Positions 38,241 through 46,820 of a stretch of DNA of 64,000 nucleotides are shown here, piece by piece. This DNA is from an uncultured Bdellovibrionales bacterium (GTDB taxonomy: Bacteria; Pseudomonadota; Alphaproteobacteria; Micavibrionales; SZUA-601). The notes below the pieces were generated by a model, which saw only the letters and a list, made by a program, of their open reading frames with translations, was not told the DNA's origin and made no database searches. Location of the stretch: assembly GCA_964496065.1 (NCBI GenBank), contig CAZBXD010000001.1, positions 10,437-74,436 of the forward strand, given 5' to 3'. The number at the start of each line of letters is the position of its first letter. Within the stretch, counting starts at the first letter, position 1. The position numbers and the translations under genes are program-made.

Positions 38241-38943
38241 TTTTAACCCTTGCGATTAATGGGGTGAGAAGCGCTTCTTCATTTGGATTTTCTGCAATGA
38301 TAATATCATTAAACTCCAAATCACCAAGTGCATTTGCTGTTCCCTTACTTATACACCATACAGTAATCATCGAGCAAGCATCCTGCAAGTTTGAGGCAAC
38401 CAGATTTTTATGGAGTAATTCTGCACTTTTTGGCGAATAACACAAAAGATGCTGAATGTTTTTTTCTTTTAACGCTTGGATGGTTTTTTGTGAAAAAGAA
38501 GTTTGTTCAATGATACGATAAAGGGTAAGTAATTGAAGGGTATAGCCATAACTGGTCAAGTGATCAAAAAGCGGATCTTTGTTTTGGTTCTGGTTAATCC
38601 GCAGCATAGGTTTTTTGCTAGTTTTTTGCGTGATTAAAACCGCTAAATTATCAGCATTACCATGGGCAGAATAAACGGTTTCAAAACCACTTTCTTGAGC
38701 AAGATTTGCGGTTTTATCACCAACACACCATGCTGTTGCATGGCGGTGATTATAGTTTTGACAAAAGGAACGCACACCATTTTTACTCGTAAAAATAACA
38801 TCGTCAAAACCAGAAACATCAAGAGTGCTTTTGAGAAATTCAACCGCAATGAGGGGGTCTATTAACGTGTTAATTTGCTGCAGATGGAGTAGCGCAGCAG
38901 TTTGTTGTGCATCAGCAAGGGCACGCGTAATTAAGACAGTCAT
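38206..38943 (-). CDS. hemD: uroporphyrinogen-III synthase
   Basis: Size, a two-lobe HemD-like pattern (VLITRA..., FTSKNGV) and position immediately after hemC with a 4-nt overlap. Confidence 0.8.
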   Translation of the reverse strand: MTVLITRALADAQQTAALLHLQQINTLIDPLIAVEFLKSTLDVSGFDDVIFTSKNGVRSFCQNYNHRHATAWCVGDKTANLAQESGFETVYSAHGNADNLAVLITQKTSKKPMLRINQNQNKDPLFDHLTSYGYTLQLLTLYRIIEQTSFSQKTIQALKEKNIQHLLCYSPKSAELLHKNLVASNLQDACSMITVWCISKGTANALGDLEFNDIIIAENPNEEALLTPLIARVKNDRTRSKKTKT

Positions 38944-39872
38944 GCTGCAACATCAAAGAAATCATCGCTCATTTGGTCCTTAATAGCGTGCCCGACTTCT
39001 TTGCCTAAAGCAATATAAGACTCCGATGGCGCTGTCATTTCATGGCGAATAATTTCACTACCATCAATGCGTGCTGCTAGGGCTTTTAAGGTGATCATTT
39101 TTGTACCATCATACTCAGCATAGGCGGCAATCGGGGTATGACAATCACCGTTCATTTCGGCTAAACAATGTCTTTCTGTCATAACACACCGATAAGAAGG
39201 TTCATGGTTAAGCGGGCCAAGAAGATTACGCATTTCATCATTGTCACTGAGTATTTCTATGCAAAGAGCGCCTTGTCCACCTGCGGGGAGCATGACATCA
39301 GGCCCCATAATTTGGTTTGCCTTATCTTCCATCCCAATACGTTGTAATCCAGCCAGAGCAAGATAAGTCGCGTCAACCATACCGGTCTCCATTTTTTGAA
39401 TGCGGGTGTCAGCATTGCCACGCAATGTGACAATTTCTAAGTCAGGGCGATAGGCCCGGGTTAGGGCCTCACGACGTGGGCTAGATGTTCCAACAGTGGC
39501 TCCTTCGGGCAGATCATCTAAAGTGTTAGCAATGGGTGATAAGAAACAATCCCAAGGCTCATCACGTTCTAGAATACAAGCTAATTCAAAGCCTGCAGGC
39601 ATGATAGACGGGACGTCTTTGACGCTATGCATAGCGATATCAATATCACCGCGTTGTAGGGCCACTTCCAATTCTTTAATAAAAAGTGCTTTACCGCCAA
39701 TTTCGACAAGTTTTCTATCTTGAACCATACAGCCGGTTGTTTTTATGGGGATGATTTCAATACACCCTTCTTCACCCATTATTGGGTAATGCCGGATTAA
39801 TTCATCAATCACCCGGTTTGTTTGAATCATCGCCATTTTACTGGTGCGGCTACCGATACGAATTTTTTTCAT
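38940..39872 (-). CDS. hemC: hydroxymethylbilane synthase (porphobilinogen deaminase)
   Basis: KIRIGSRTSKMAMIQT, HSVKDVP, GNADTR and the cofactor Cys region (GDCHTPIAAYA). The ATG at 39872 is preferred over the track start at 39914. Confidence 0.93.
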   Translation of the reverse strand: MKKIRIGSRTSKMAMIQTNRVIDELIRHYPIMGEEGCIEIIPIKTTGCMVQDRKLVEIGGKALFIKELEVALQRGDIDIAMHSVKDVPSIMPAGFELACILERDEPWDCFLSPIANTLDDLPEGATVGTSSPRREALTRAYRPDLEIVTLRGNADTRIQKMETGMVDATYLALAGLQRIGMEDKANQIMGPDVMLPAGGQGALCIEILSDNDEMRNLLGPLNHEPSYRCVMTERHCLAEMNGDCHTPIAAYAEYDGTKMITLKALAARIDGSEIIRHEMTAPSESYIALGKEVGHAIKDQMSDDFFDVAA

Positions 39873-39955
39873 GGCAAAGGTATTAGCGCTTCCCAAGCTA
39901 TGACACAAGTACAAATATTATTGACTTTATCTTACTAACAGTCGAAAAATACGCC

Positions 39956-40993
39956 ATGATTGTTTTAGGAATAGAAACCAGTTGTGATGAAACAGCTGCG
40001 GCAGTTGTAAGTGGCAATGGTAAGATTTTTAGCAATGTCATTCTGAGTCAGCAAGATGATCATAGACTTTATGGTGGTGTTGTCCCCGAGATTGCTGCGC
40101 GCGCGCATTTAGATCATCTTGATCGGATTATCCAAAAAGCACTCAATGAGGCGGAGGTCTCCTATGCAGATCTTGACGGCGTTGCTGTAACCGCTGGCCC
40201 GGGCTTGGTTGGTGGGGTTATGGTCGGGTTAATGACAGCTAAGGCAATTGCCTTTTCATGTGCCATCCCATTACTGGGGGTGAATCATTTAGAAGGTCAT
40301 GCTCTAGTACCACGTCTAACGGATCAGGTATCCTTTCCTTATCTTCTTCTTCTTGTTTCTGGTGGGCATACGCAAATTTTATTAGTTAAGGCAGTTGGAA
40401 AATACCAGCTCTTAGGGACAACGATTGATGATGCTTGCGGGGAAGCTTTTGACAAGGTTGCAAAGATGCTGGGTCTTGAATATCCAGGAGGACCACAACT
40501 TGAGAAATTTTTACAAAATGCGACAGAAAATGGGGCAAAACAGTACGATTTGCCCCGACCACTCAAAGGACGGCAAGGCTGTGACTTTTCTTTTGCGGGG
40601 CTTAAAACTGCAGCCCGGACAATTATTCAAAATAAAGAGATGGGTGAACAGGAATATTTTGATTTTTCTCTCTCATTCCATCAAGCAGTAGGGGATGTTT
40701 TAGTTGATCGTCTTGACAATGCGTTTAAACAGCTCAATGAAAAACCTTCTGCACTTGTTGTTTCTGGCGGCGTTGCTGCCAATAAATATCTCCGTAAGCA
40801 ATTAAATAAATGTGCAGAGCAACATAGGATTCCTTTTATAGCACCACCGCTTAATTTATGCACTGACAATGCGGCAATGATTGCATGGGCGGGGGTGGAG
40901 CGGTTAAAGCTAGGATTAACAGATGATTTGACGGTTAAGGCTCGCCCGCGTTGGCCGCTTCATGACATGACGGGAAAGGATATTATGGTATGA
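39956..40993 (+). CDS. tsaD: tRNA N6-adenosine threonylcarbamoyltransferase
   Basis: GIETSCDETAAAV, HLEGH, and LLVSGGHT. Confidence 0.96.
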   Translation: MIVLGIETSCDETAAAVVSGNGKIFSNVILSQQDDHRLYGGVVPEIAARAHLDHLDRIIQKALNEAEVSYADLDGVAVTAGPGLVGGVMVGLMTAKAIAFSCAIPLLGVNHLEGHALVPRLTDQVSFPYLLLLVSGGHTQILLVKAVGKYQLLGTTIDDACGEAFDKVAKMLGLEYPGGPQLEKFLQNATENGAKQYDLPRPLKGRQGCDFSFAGLKTAARTIIQNKEMGEQEYFDFSLSFHQAVGDVLVDRLDNAFKQLNEKPSALVVSGGVAANKYLRKQLNKCAEQHRIPFIAPPLNLCTDNAAMIAWAGVERLKLGLTDDLTVKARPRWPLHDMTGKDIMV

Positions 40994-41997
40994 TGAAATT
41001 TCAAAAAATTGGTGTTATCGGCGCCGGTGCGTGGGGTAGTGCATTGGCTCATTGTATTGCTAATGCTGGCGGTGATGTTGTGCTTTGGTCATACGAAGAA
41101 TCAGTCGTTTCTGATATTTGTCAGACGCGGCAAAACACATCATATTTGCCGGATATTCAGCTCCATGACAATGTCACAGCGGTGGCGGATATTGTTACTG
41201 CTTTAAACACAGAGGCGGTACTCGTTGTCACCCCAGCTCAACATATGCGTGGTGTTTTGGAACGTTATGCTCAAAAAATAGCGATTGAGACGCCGTTTTT
41301 AATCTGCTCTAAAGGGATTGAAATCAAGACTGGGCAGCTTCTATCACAAGTATTATCAGGACTTTTTCCAAATAACCCAATTGGGGTTTTAAGTGGGCCA
41401 AGCTTTGCGGTTGAAGCAGCAAAAAGTTTGCCAACCGCCTTGACTTTGGCGATACCGTCAGAATATGAACAACTTGGCTATGACTTGTGCCAAGCACTTT
41501 CAATGCCGAGTTTCCGACTTTATCTTAGTGATGATATTATTGGAGCTCAGGTTGGGGCGGCGGTAAAAAATGTTATTGCGATTGCTTGTGGCATTTCGGT
41601 GGGGCGACAATTGGGTGATAATACCCGTGCTGCGCTTATTACACGTGGGTTAGCCGAAATAAAGCGCCTTGGAGTCGCTATGGGGGCCGATCAACAAACA
41701 TTCTCTGGATTATCTGGTGTTGGTGACCTGGTTTTAACGTGTAATGCCATGCAATCACGTAATTTTTCATTGGGTGTTAAAATTGGTCAAGGCCAGAGTT
41801 TGGAGAAAATTCTCAGCGCGCGCAACACCGTGTCAGAAGGTGTCCACACTGCTGAAGCAGTTGTAAAACTGGCTGAGCGCCTTAATATCGATATGCCTAT
41901 ATGTCGTGCAGTGCACGAAACCCTTTCTGGGCGGCAAGGAATAGACTATGCGATTAAGGGTCTTTTAGAGCGACCGATTAAAGCAGAACAGTTATGA
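40990..41997 (+). CDS. gpsA: NAD(P)H-dependent glycerol-3-phosphate dehydrogenase
   Basis: IGVIGAGAWGSALA, GPSFA, KNVIAIA and the NFSLG motif region. Confidence 0.95.
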   Translation: MMKFQKIGVIGAGAWGSALAHCIANAGGDVVLWSYEESVVSDICQTRQNTSYLPDIQLHDNVTAVADIVTALNTEAVLVVTPAQHMRGVLERYAQKIAIETPFLICSKGIEIKTGQLLSQVLSGLFPNNPIGVLSGPSFAVEAAKSLPTALTLAIPSEYEQLGYDLCQALSMPSFRLYLSDDIIGAQVGAAVKNVIAIACGISVGRQLGDNTRAALITRGLAEIKRLGVAMGADQQTFSGLSGVGDLVLTCNAMQSRNFSLGVKIGQGQSLEKILSARNTVSEGVHTAEAVVKLAERLNIDMPICRAVHETLSGRQGIDYAIKGLLERPIKAEQL

Positions 41998-42959
41998 CAT
42001 ACCAATTGACCGCTTATCCTGAATCTTGGCCAATACAGGGTGAATTTGCTATTTCGCGGGAGGTTAAAATCTCTGCTGATACTGTTGTTGTTGAGATTGA
42101 AAAAGATGGGATTACAGGCCGTGGAGAATGTGTCCCCCTTAAACGGTATCAACAGTGTCAAGAAACAGTGATAACTCAGATAGAATCCGTTCATCATCGC
42201 TTGTTAGATATTGATCGAGAAGAATTGCAAACACTGCTCCCTCCCGGTGCGGCCCGTAATGCAGTTGATTGTGCGCTTTGGGACTGGCAAGCTAAGGCAG
42301 AGCAAAAATCTCTTGCGCAGCTCATGGAATTCCCAGAAATTCGGCCCTTAAATACAATCTATACGCTTAGTCTTGATACGCCAGAAAGAATGGCAGAAAA
42401 TGCTAAACTAAACAGCGTGTTTTCAGTTTTAAAAATGAAAATGAATGGATCTGATGAAGATCTTGCGCGGATTGAGGCGGTTAAAAAAGCTACCCCGCAT
42501 TCCCAATTAATTTTAGATGCTAATGAAGCGTGGAATCTTGATCATTTAGACAATCTTTTACCAACGTTGATTGCTTTGGATGTTGTTTTGATTGAACAAC
42601 CCTTGCCAGAAGGTCAGGATGAGGGTCTTAAGTCATTTACCTCACCAATTCCGATTGTAGCGGATGAGTCTTGTCATACGGTTGAAGATTTGGAGTATCT
42701 GAAGGGCAAGTACCAGGTTGTCAATATCAAATTGGATAAAACGGGTGGCTTAACTCATGCTCTTATATTACAAGAACAAGCCCAAAAAATGGGATTTAAG
42801 AGTATGGTGGGATGTATGGTTTCAACATCATTGAGTATTTATTCAGCCATGCTGATTGGCCAAAATGCCCAGTTTTGTGATCTTGATGGGGCGTATCTCC
42901 TCAAAAATGATCCGTATGGGTGTGTTTTTTACCAAAATGGCCAGATTTTTCCTTCCTAA
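41994..42959 (+). CDS. enolase-superfamily dipeptide epimerase / N-acyl amino acid racemase-like enzyme
   Basis: LKMKMNG, LILDANEAW, IEQPL, VADES and NIKLDKTGGLT follow the MR/MLE catalytic K-x-K / D-E-D / K pattern. Confidence 0.8.
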   Translation: MTYQLTAYPESWPIQGEFAISREVKISADTVVVEIEKDGITGRGECVPLKRYQQCQETVITQIESVHHRLLDIDREELQTLLPPGAARNAVDCALWDWQAKAEQKSLAQLMEFPEIRPLNTIYTLSLDTPERMAENAKLNSVFSVLKMKMNGSDEDLARIEAVKKATPHSQLILDANEAWNLDHLDNLLPTLIALDVVLIEQPLPEGQDEGLKSFTSPIPIVADESCHTVEDLEYLKGKYQVVNIKLDKTGGLTHALILQEQAQKMGFKSMVGCMVSTSLSIYSAMLIGQNAQFCDLDGAYLLKNDPYGCVFYQNGQIFPS

Positions 42960-43001
42960 CATATTAATATTTAGACATATTTTTAGTTTTTATGCTAAAA
43001 T

Positions 43002-43514
43002 ATGATGATGGATAGTTTTATTTCAAAAGGTGGGCGTATTGATACGGTGCGTTCTACACAGCCAAGCAAGTCCCCTCGTGTTACCCGAGACGATGGATCG
43101 CGAGGCAATAAGCAAGAGTACCATCAACAACAGGACGATCCGGTTGATGAGCTGGATATTCATGTTTCTGACCAGGAAAAAGCCCAAGAAGCTGATGGGC
43201 AAAAGGAAGGCGAGTTTTCAACTATTTCCCTCAAAACAATTCGAGAGGCGATGATCACCCAAGCGCGTCAACAAGATCGATTATCTGAAGCTGATCCGAT
43301 ATATAACAAAGCTCTATTGGCATATCAAGCTTATTTGTCACATACTGAAATGGTGGCAGAACTGCCTGAAATTGATACACAAGGGGAAAAGACCCAATTT
43401 GGTAAATTAAATGATCTGATCAAACAGGATTTTGACATTGTCAATATTAAGTCTGGTCAAAGCTATGATGAGTTAATTACCGATCTGTGGAATCAAATAT
43501 TTTCAGCAAGTTGA
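43002..43514 (+). CDS. acidic hypothetical protein
   Basis: 170-aa ORF with a Q/D/E-rich N-terminal half and a helical C-terminal half. No family recognised. Its 3-prime end overlaps the convergent regulator gene by 22 nt. Confidence 0.5.
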   Translation: MMMDSFISKGGRIDTVRSTQPSKSPRVTRDDGSRGNKQEYHQQQDDPVDELDIHVSDQEKAQEADGQKEGEFSTISLKTIREAMITQARQQDRLSEADPIYNKALLAYQAYLSHTEMVAELPEIDTQGEKTQFGKLNDLIKQDFDIVNIKSGQSYDELITDLWNQIFSAS

Positions 43515-44047
43515 TATCCATCTTCATAAGTTAAAAGGATCGCTGCTTCAACAGGATTTTTTTCAATTTTTTGCCTCAGACGATAAATATGTGTTTCTAT
43601 GGTATGTGTGTCTATTCCATCTGCATAGCCCCACACATCTTTGAGGAGGTCATCTCGCGTTATGCTTTTCCCGCGATTCTGGTTAAGATAGGCGAGCACC
43701 TCTGTTTCTTTTTCTGTTAAATGAAGAATAACATCTCCTTCCCTGAGTGTGCGCCCTGCATAGTCAAATAAATATGGACCAATATAGGTAGATTGGGATG
43801 CTGAATAGATTTTTTCAATTTGATCGAGAATGAATGTAATTTTTACAGGGCTCGAAATTACTATTTTCTTATTATGATCTGATTGTGTCAGAGTGATTGA
43901 TTGCTCTCTAAGACTGAGCCGAAAATAAGCGCTATCCTTGTTCGTTACAGTAAAATGGGGAGCTTTTTCTGTAATGATAGAGATCAGAGCCTGAGCAATA
44001 TGGTCTGCTTCGCAATCAAGATAAAGTGTGTTTTTTGGGCTGTTCAT
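43493..44047 (-). CDS. OmpR/PhoB-type winged-helix transcriptional regulator without a recognisable receiver domain
   Basis: The C-terminal LTEKETEVLAYLNQNRGKSITRDDLLKDVWG...THTIETHIYRLRQKIE is a Trans_reg_C domain. The ~90-aa N-terminus lacks the DD/D/T/K receiver residues. Confidence 0.8.
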   Translation of the reverse strand: MNSPKNTLYLDCEADHIAQALISIITEKAPHFTVTNKDSAYFRLSLREQSITLTQSDHNKKIVISSPVKITFILDQIEKIYSASQSTYIGPYLFDYAGRTLREGDVILHLTEKETEVLAYLNQNRGKSITRDDLLKDVWGYADGIDTHTIETHIYRLRQKIEKNPVEAAILLTYEDGYQLAENI

Positions 44048-44087
44048 AAAAATATTATAAGACAGAATTGCCTAAAAAGGAACGATT

Positions 44088-44103
44088 TGGCACGAGTTTT
44101 GCA
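44088..44103 (+). promoter_or_regulatory. sigma-54 (RpoN) -24/-12 promoter
   Basis: TGGCACGAGTTTTGCA matches the TGGCACG-N4-TTGCW consensus at every specified position. It ends 30 nt upstream of the ATG at 44134, which has an AAGGAG RBS. Confidence 0.8.
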
Positions 44104-44133
44104 AATTTTAAGCTGCAACAAAGGAGAAAACCC

Positions 44134-44754
44134 ATGGCATTACATCCAACTTATGCTGTCGCAGATCCTTCAGCGATTCATGTTGGACCACTAAAAAAAG
44201 CAGAAAAGCCGACGGTCCAAACAGCTGACAAAAAACTTGAAATTACCTGGAATGACGAAGTTTCCGAGCAAAAGCTAGAAAAATCAAAGAAGTTCTCATT
44301 TTTTGATTTTTTAGATATTGTTAATCCTTTGCAACATATCCCGATTATTAGTTCAATTTATCGTCATTTTACTGGGGATAATATTCATCCGGTATCTCGT
44401 GTTGCTGGTGGCGCACTTTTTGGTGGGCCGATTGGTGCAGCAGTAAGTGGTGTTGATGCTATTGTTGCCCAAGAAACCGGACAATATATGGGGGATAAGT
44501 TATTTGCGCGTATAATAGATAATGACAAATCATCTCAGCCTGCAACGGCAACACCTGAAATTGTTGTTGCCAAGGCTGAGACTACTGAAACTCTGGAAGT
44601 TGATCCGTTTGATGATGAATTTCTATTCGAAGATTTTAGCACCGAAGAGGAAGAAGCAGAGCGTCTAAGACGTTTAGCCCTTGCACGAGAACATTATCTC
44701 AAATCAATGGGGCAGAGCGCGCCGACAGGATCCTTTATCTCGCAAAGCTATTAG
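44134..44754 (+). CDS. hypothetical protein, predicted sigma-54 dependent
   Basis: ATG at 44134 with an AAGGAG RBS 8 nt upstream. The track start at 44068 is a TTG upstream of the promoter. Core is FSFFDFLDIVNPLQHIPIISSIYRHFTGDNIHPVSRVAGGALFGGPIG, followed by an acidic tail. Confidence 0.72.
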   Translation: MALHPTYAVADPSAIHVGPLKKAEKPTVQTADKKLEITWNDEVSEQKLEKSKKFSFFDFLDIVNPLQHIPIISSIYRHFTGDNIHPVSRVAGGALFGGPIGAAVSGVDAIVAQETGQYMGDKLFARIIDNDKSSQPATATPEIVVAKAETTETLEVDPFDDEFLFEDFSTEEEEAERLRRLALAREHYLKSMGQSAPTGSFISQSY

Positions 44755-45425
44755 GGAGTGTTTTTTCGCTCTCCGAATAATGCTGTTCCAATACGAATAT
44801 AGTGGGCGCCATGATAAATAGCTGCTTCAAAATCACAACTCATCCCCATGCTGAGCTTTGGTAAATCAAACTGATCCGCATATTTTTTGAGTAGTGCAAA
44901 GTGAAAAGCCGGAATATCATCAACAGGTGGGATGCACATAAGGCCTTGAATATTAAGCTGAAGGTCATCACGACATAAAGAGACAAAATCAGCTAAATCA
45001 TGTGGCAAGATTCCAGATTTTTGTGGTTCTTCCCCGGTATTAACCTGAATGAAGCAGGCAAGAGAGCGGCCCTGTCTTTCCATCTCTTGCCTAATTTTTC
45101 GCGCAATTTTCTCACGATCAACGCTATGAATGACATCAAAAAAAGCAACAGCTTCCTTAACTTTATTACTTTGCAGGGGGCCGATGAGGTGTAGCTCTAG
45201 GTCGGTATATTGTTCTCTTAAACCCTGCCAATGGTCATAGGCTTCTTGCACCCGGTTTTCACCAAAAATGCGATGGCCTGTTTCAAGAGTGGCTTGAATT
45301 TTTGCCATGGGCTGACGTTTTGATACGGCAATCAGATGGACATCTTGAGGATTACGCTTCGCCGCTTTACAAGTCTCAGTGATTGTTTTTTGAACGGTTA
45401 AAAAAGAAGGAGCCAAGTCAGTCAT
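44751..45425 (-). CDS. yggS: YggS-family pyridoxal phosphate homeostasis protein
   Basis: LIAVSKRQP (PLP lysine), FGENRVQE, HLIGPLQSNK and MGMSCDFEAAI. Confidence 0.92.
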   Translation of the reverse strand: MTDLAPSFLTVQKTITETCKAAKRNPQDVHLIAVSKRQPMAKIQATLETGHRIFGENRVQEAYDHWQGLREQYTDLELHLIGPLQSNKVKEAVAFFDVIHSVDREKIARKIRQEMERQGRSLACFIQVNTGEEPQKSGILPHDLADFVSLCRDDLQLNIQGLMCIPPVDDIPAFHFALLKKYADQFDLPKLSMGMSCDFEAAIYHGAHYIRIGTALFGERKNTP

Positions 45426-45456
45426 GGCTCCTTTTTACAATCCCCTATCAGAAAGA

Positions 45457-46200
45457 TCAAAACTTAATTTTGGTTCCAATGGTAAAGCGAACCTCATTAT
45501 CATCGATATAGGTTTTGTCACCATTATATTGCTGAAACTGAACAGTGGTTGTATACCCAACCCCATAGCCGGGGGCATAGGATAAACCCAAAATATAACT
45601 ATGATAGCGATCAGAATCACTACTAAATGAGAAAGCATCGCCTGTGGCCATATAACTGGCCTGGATGGCCCAATCATCTTTGGCATAGCTGGCACCAAGG
45701 ATAAATCCATCTTCATTATCTTCAAGGAAAGCGGGGTTATATTCATCCCAAGTATAACCACCACCAAAGGTCCAGCGGCCAAAATCCATCGCTATGCCTG
45801 CAAGTTTGGCGCTTTCAACGTCAATGCCACGGTTCATATCGTCGGAAAAGAATGATGCATCACCGGCATAAACATCGAAATCTTCATCTTGAAAACTTGT
45901 CAGGAGGCCACTTTTCGCACTTTTGAGGTGATTATCGATAAACTGTTCTAAATTTGGTGTATAGTATGGGATATTAGTCGGGCTCATTTCATCACGATCG
46001 GCGACACCAAAAAGCATAATCGACGTCGTCTGTTTACGTGATTCATAGGCATATTGATAATCGTCATTATAGCTGTTCTCAGTGACAAAAATGATAGTTG
46101 GTTCGAAATCTTCTGCGACAGCCTGAGAATAAGCAAAATAGGCTGGTGTCGCACATATAGCTGCAACAATCGTCCTGTATGTATTGTTTTTGCCCATCAT
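45457..46200 (-). CDS. outer membrane beta-barrel (porin-like) protein
   Basis: Signal peptide, alternating aromatic/polar strands, and a C-terminal ...RFTIGTKIKF with terminal Phe. Confidence 0.6.
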   Translation of the reverse strand: MMGKNNTYRTIVAAICATPAYFAYSQAVAEDFEPTIIFVTENSYNDDYQYAYESRKQTTSIMLFGVADRDEMSPTNIPYYTPNLEQFIDNHLKSAKSGLLTSFQDEDFDVYAGDASFFSDDMNRGIDVESAKLAGIAMDFGRWTFGGGYTWDEYNPAFLEDNEDGFILGASYAKDDWAIQASYMATGDAFSFSSDSDRYHSYILGLSYAPGYGVGYTTTVQFQQYNGDKTYIDDNEVRFTIGTKIKF

Positions 46201-46260
46201 AACCTGACTCCTTCAATAGGGACCATATCTCGTCCACATATTTAGTCTACGTGAGTTAGA

Positions 46261-46276
46261 TTAATTATATTTTAAC
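46261..46276. promoter_or_regulatory. CtrA-type box TTAA-N7-TTAAC
   Basis: ttaattatattttaac read directly, 61-76 nt upstream of the porin-like gene start. The context is AT-rich, so a chance match is plausible. Confidence 0.3.
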
Positions 46277-46366
46277 ATAATATTTTATTTTGGGCAAATT
46301 TTACATAGATTTTATCGAGTTAAGTCGTTGTTTTTAACAATTAATTAGTGTTTTTAAGGGTTTTTC

Positions 46367-46771
46367 TTAAGCTAAAATATCGAGCAATTCATCTGACAAT
46401 TCTTCCGCGGTACGAATCACAGCAGCATTAGCTTTATACGCATGGCTTGCTAGCTGTAACCCAATAATTTCATGCTCTAGCGAGACATTGGGCACCTCAA
46501 TAAGCCCTTCTTCATTAGCGTAGGTTGAACCGGGGTAATAAATAGTGCTTGTACCTGGATCGCGCAGAACAAATTCTGGTCTGACGTTACCATCTTGGGT
46601 TGTAATATTCACACTATCATACGGCTGATAGGCTTGCTTTGCAGTCTCCACCCCATCTTCGGGTACTTGACCAATCGTTGAGACATTTGCGATATTGGAT
46701 GCATGTGATTGGGTGGCGCGGTTCTGCGCAAAAAGCCCCGATAGAGCCGTTGAAATCACCCCATTTAACAT
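46367..46771 (-). CDS. flagellar basal-body rod protein, FlgC-like
   Basis: N-terminal SGLFAQNRATQSHASNIANVST. The C-terminal ANEEGLIEVPNVSLEHEIIGLQLASHAYKANAAVIRTAEE matches the FlgC pattern (PNV...E...A.R.Y.AN). Length is 134 aa. Confidence 0.65.
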   Translation of the reverse strand: MLNGVISTALSGLFAQNRATQSHASNIANVSTIGQVPEDGVETAKQAYQPYDSVNITTQDGNVRPEFVLRDPGTSTIYYPGSTYANEEGLIEVPNVSLEHEIIGLQLASHAYKANAAVIRTAEELSDELLDILA

Positions 46772-46820
46772 AATTATTTATTATTGCTAAATTTAGTTAA
46801 TATTTTCTTGTCAAAGCATC

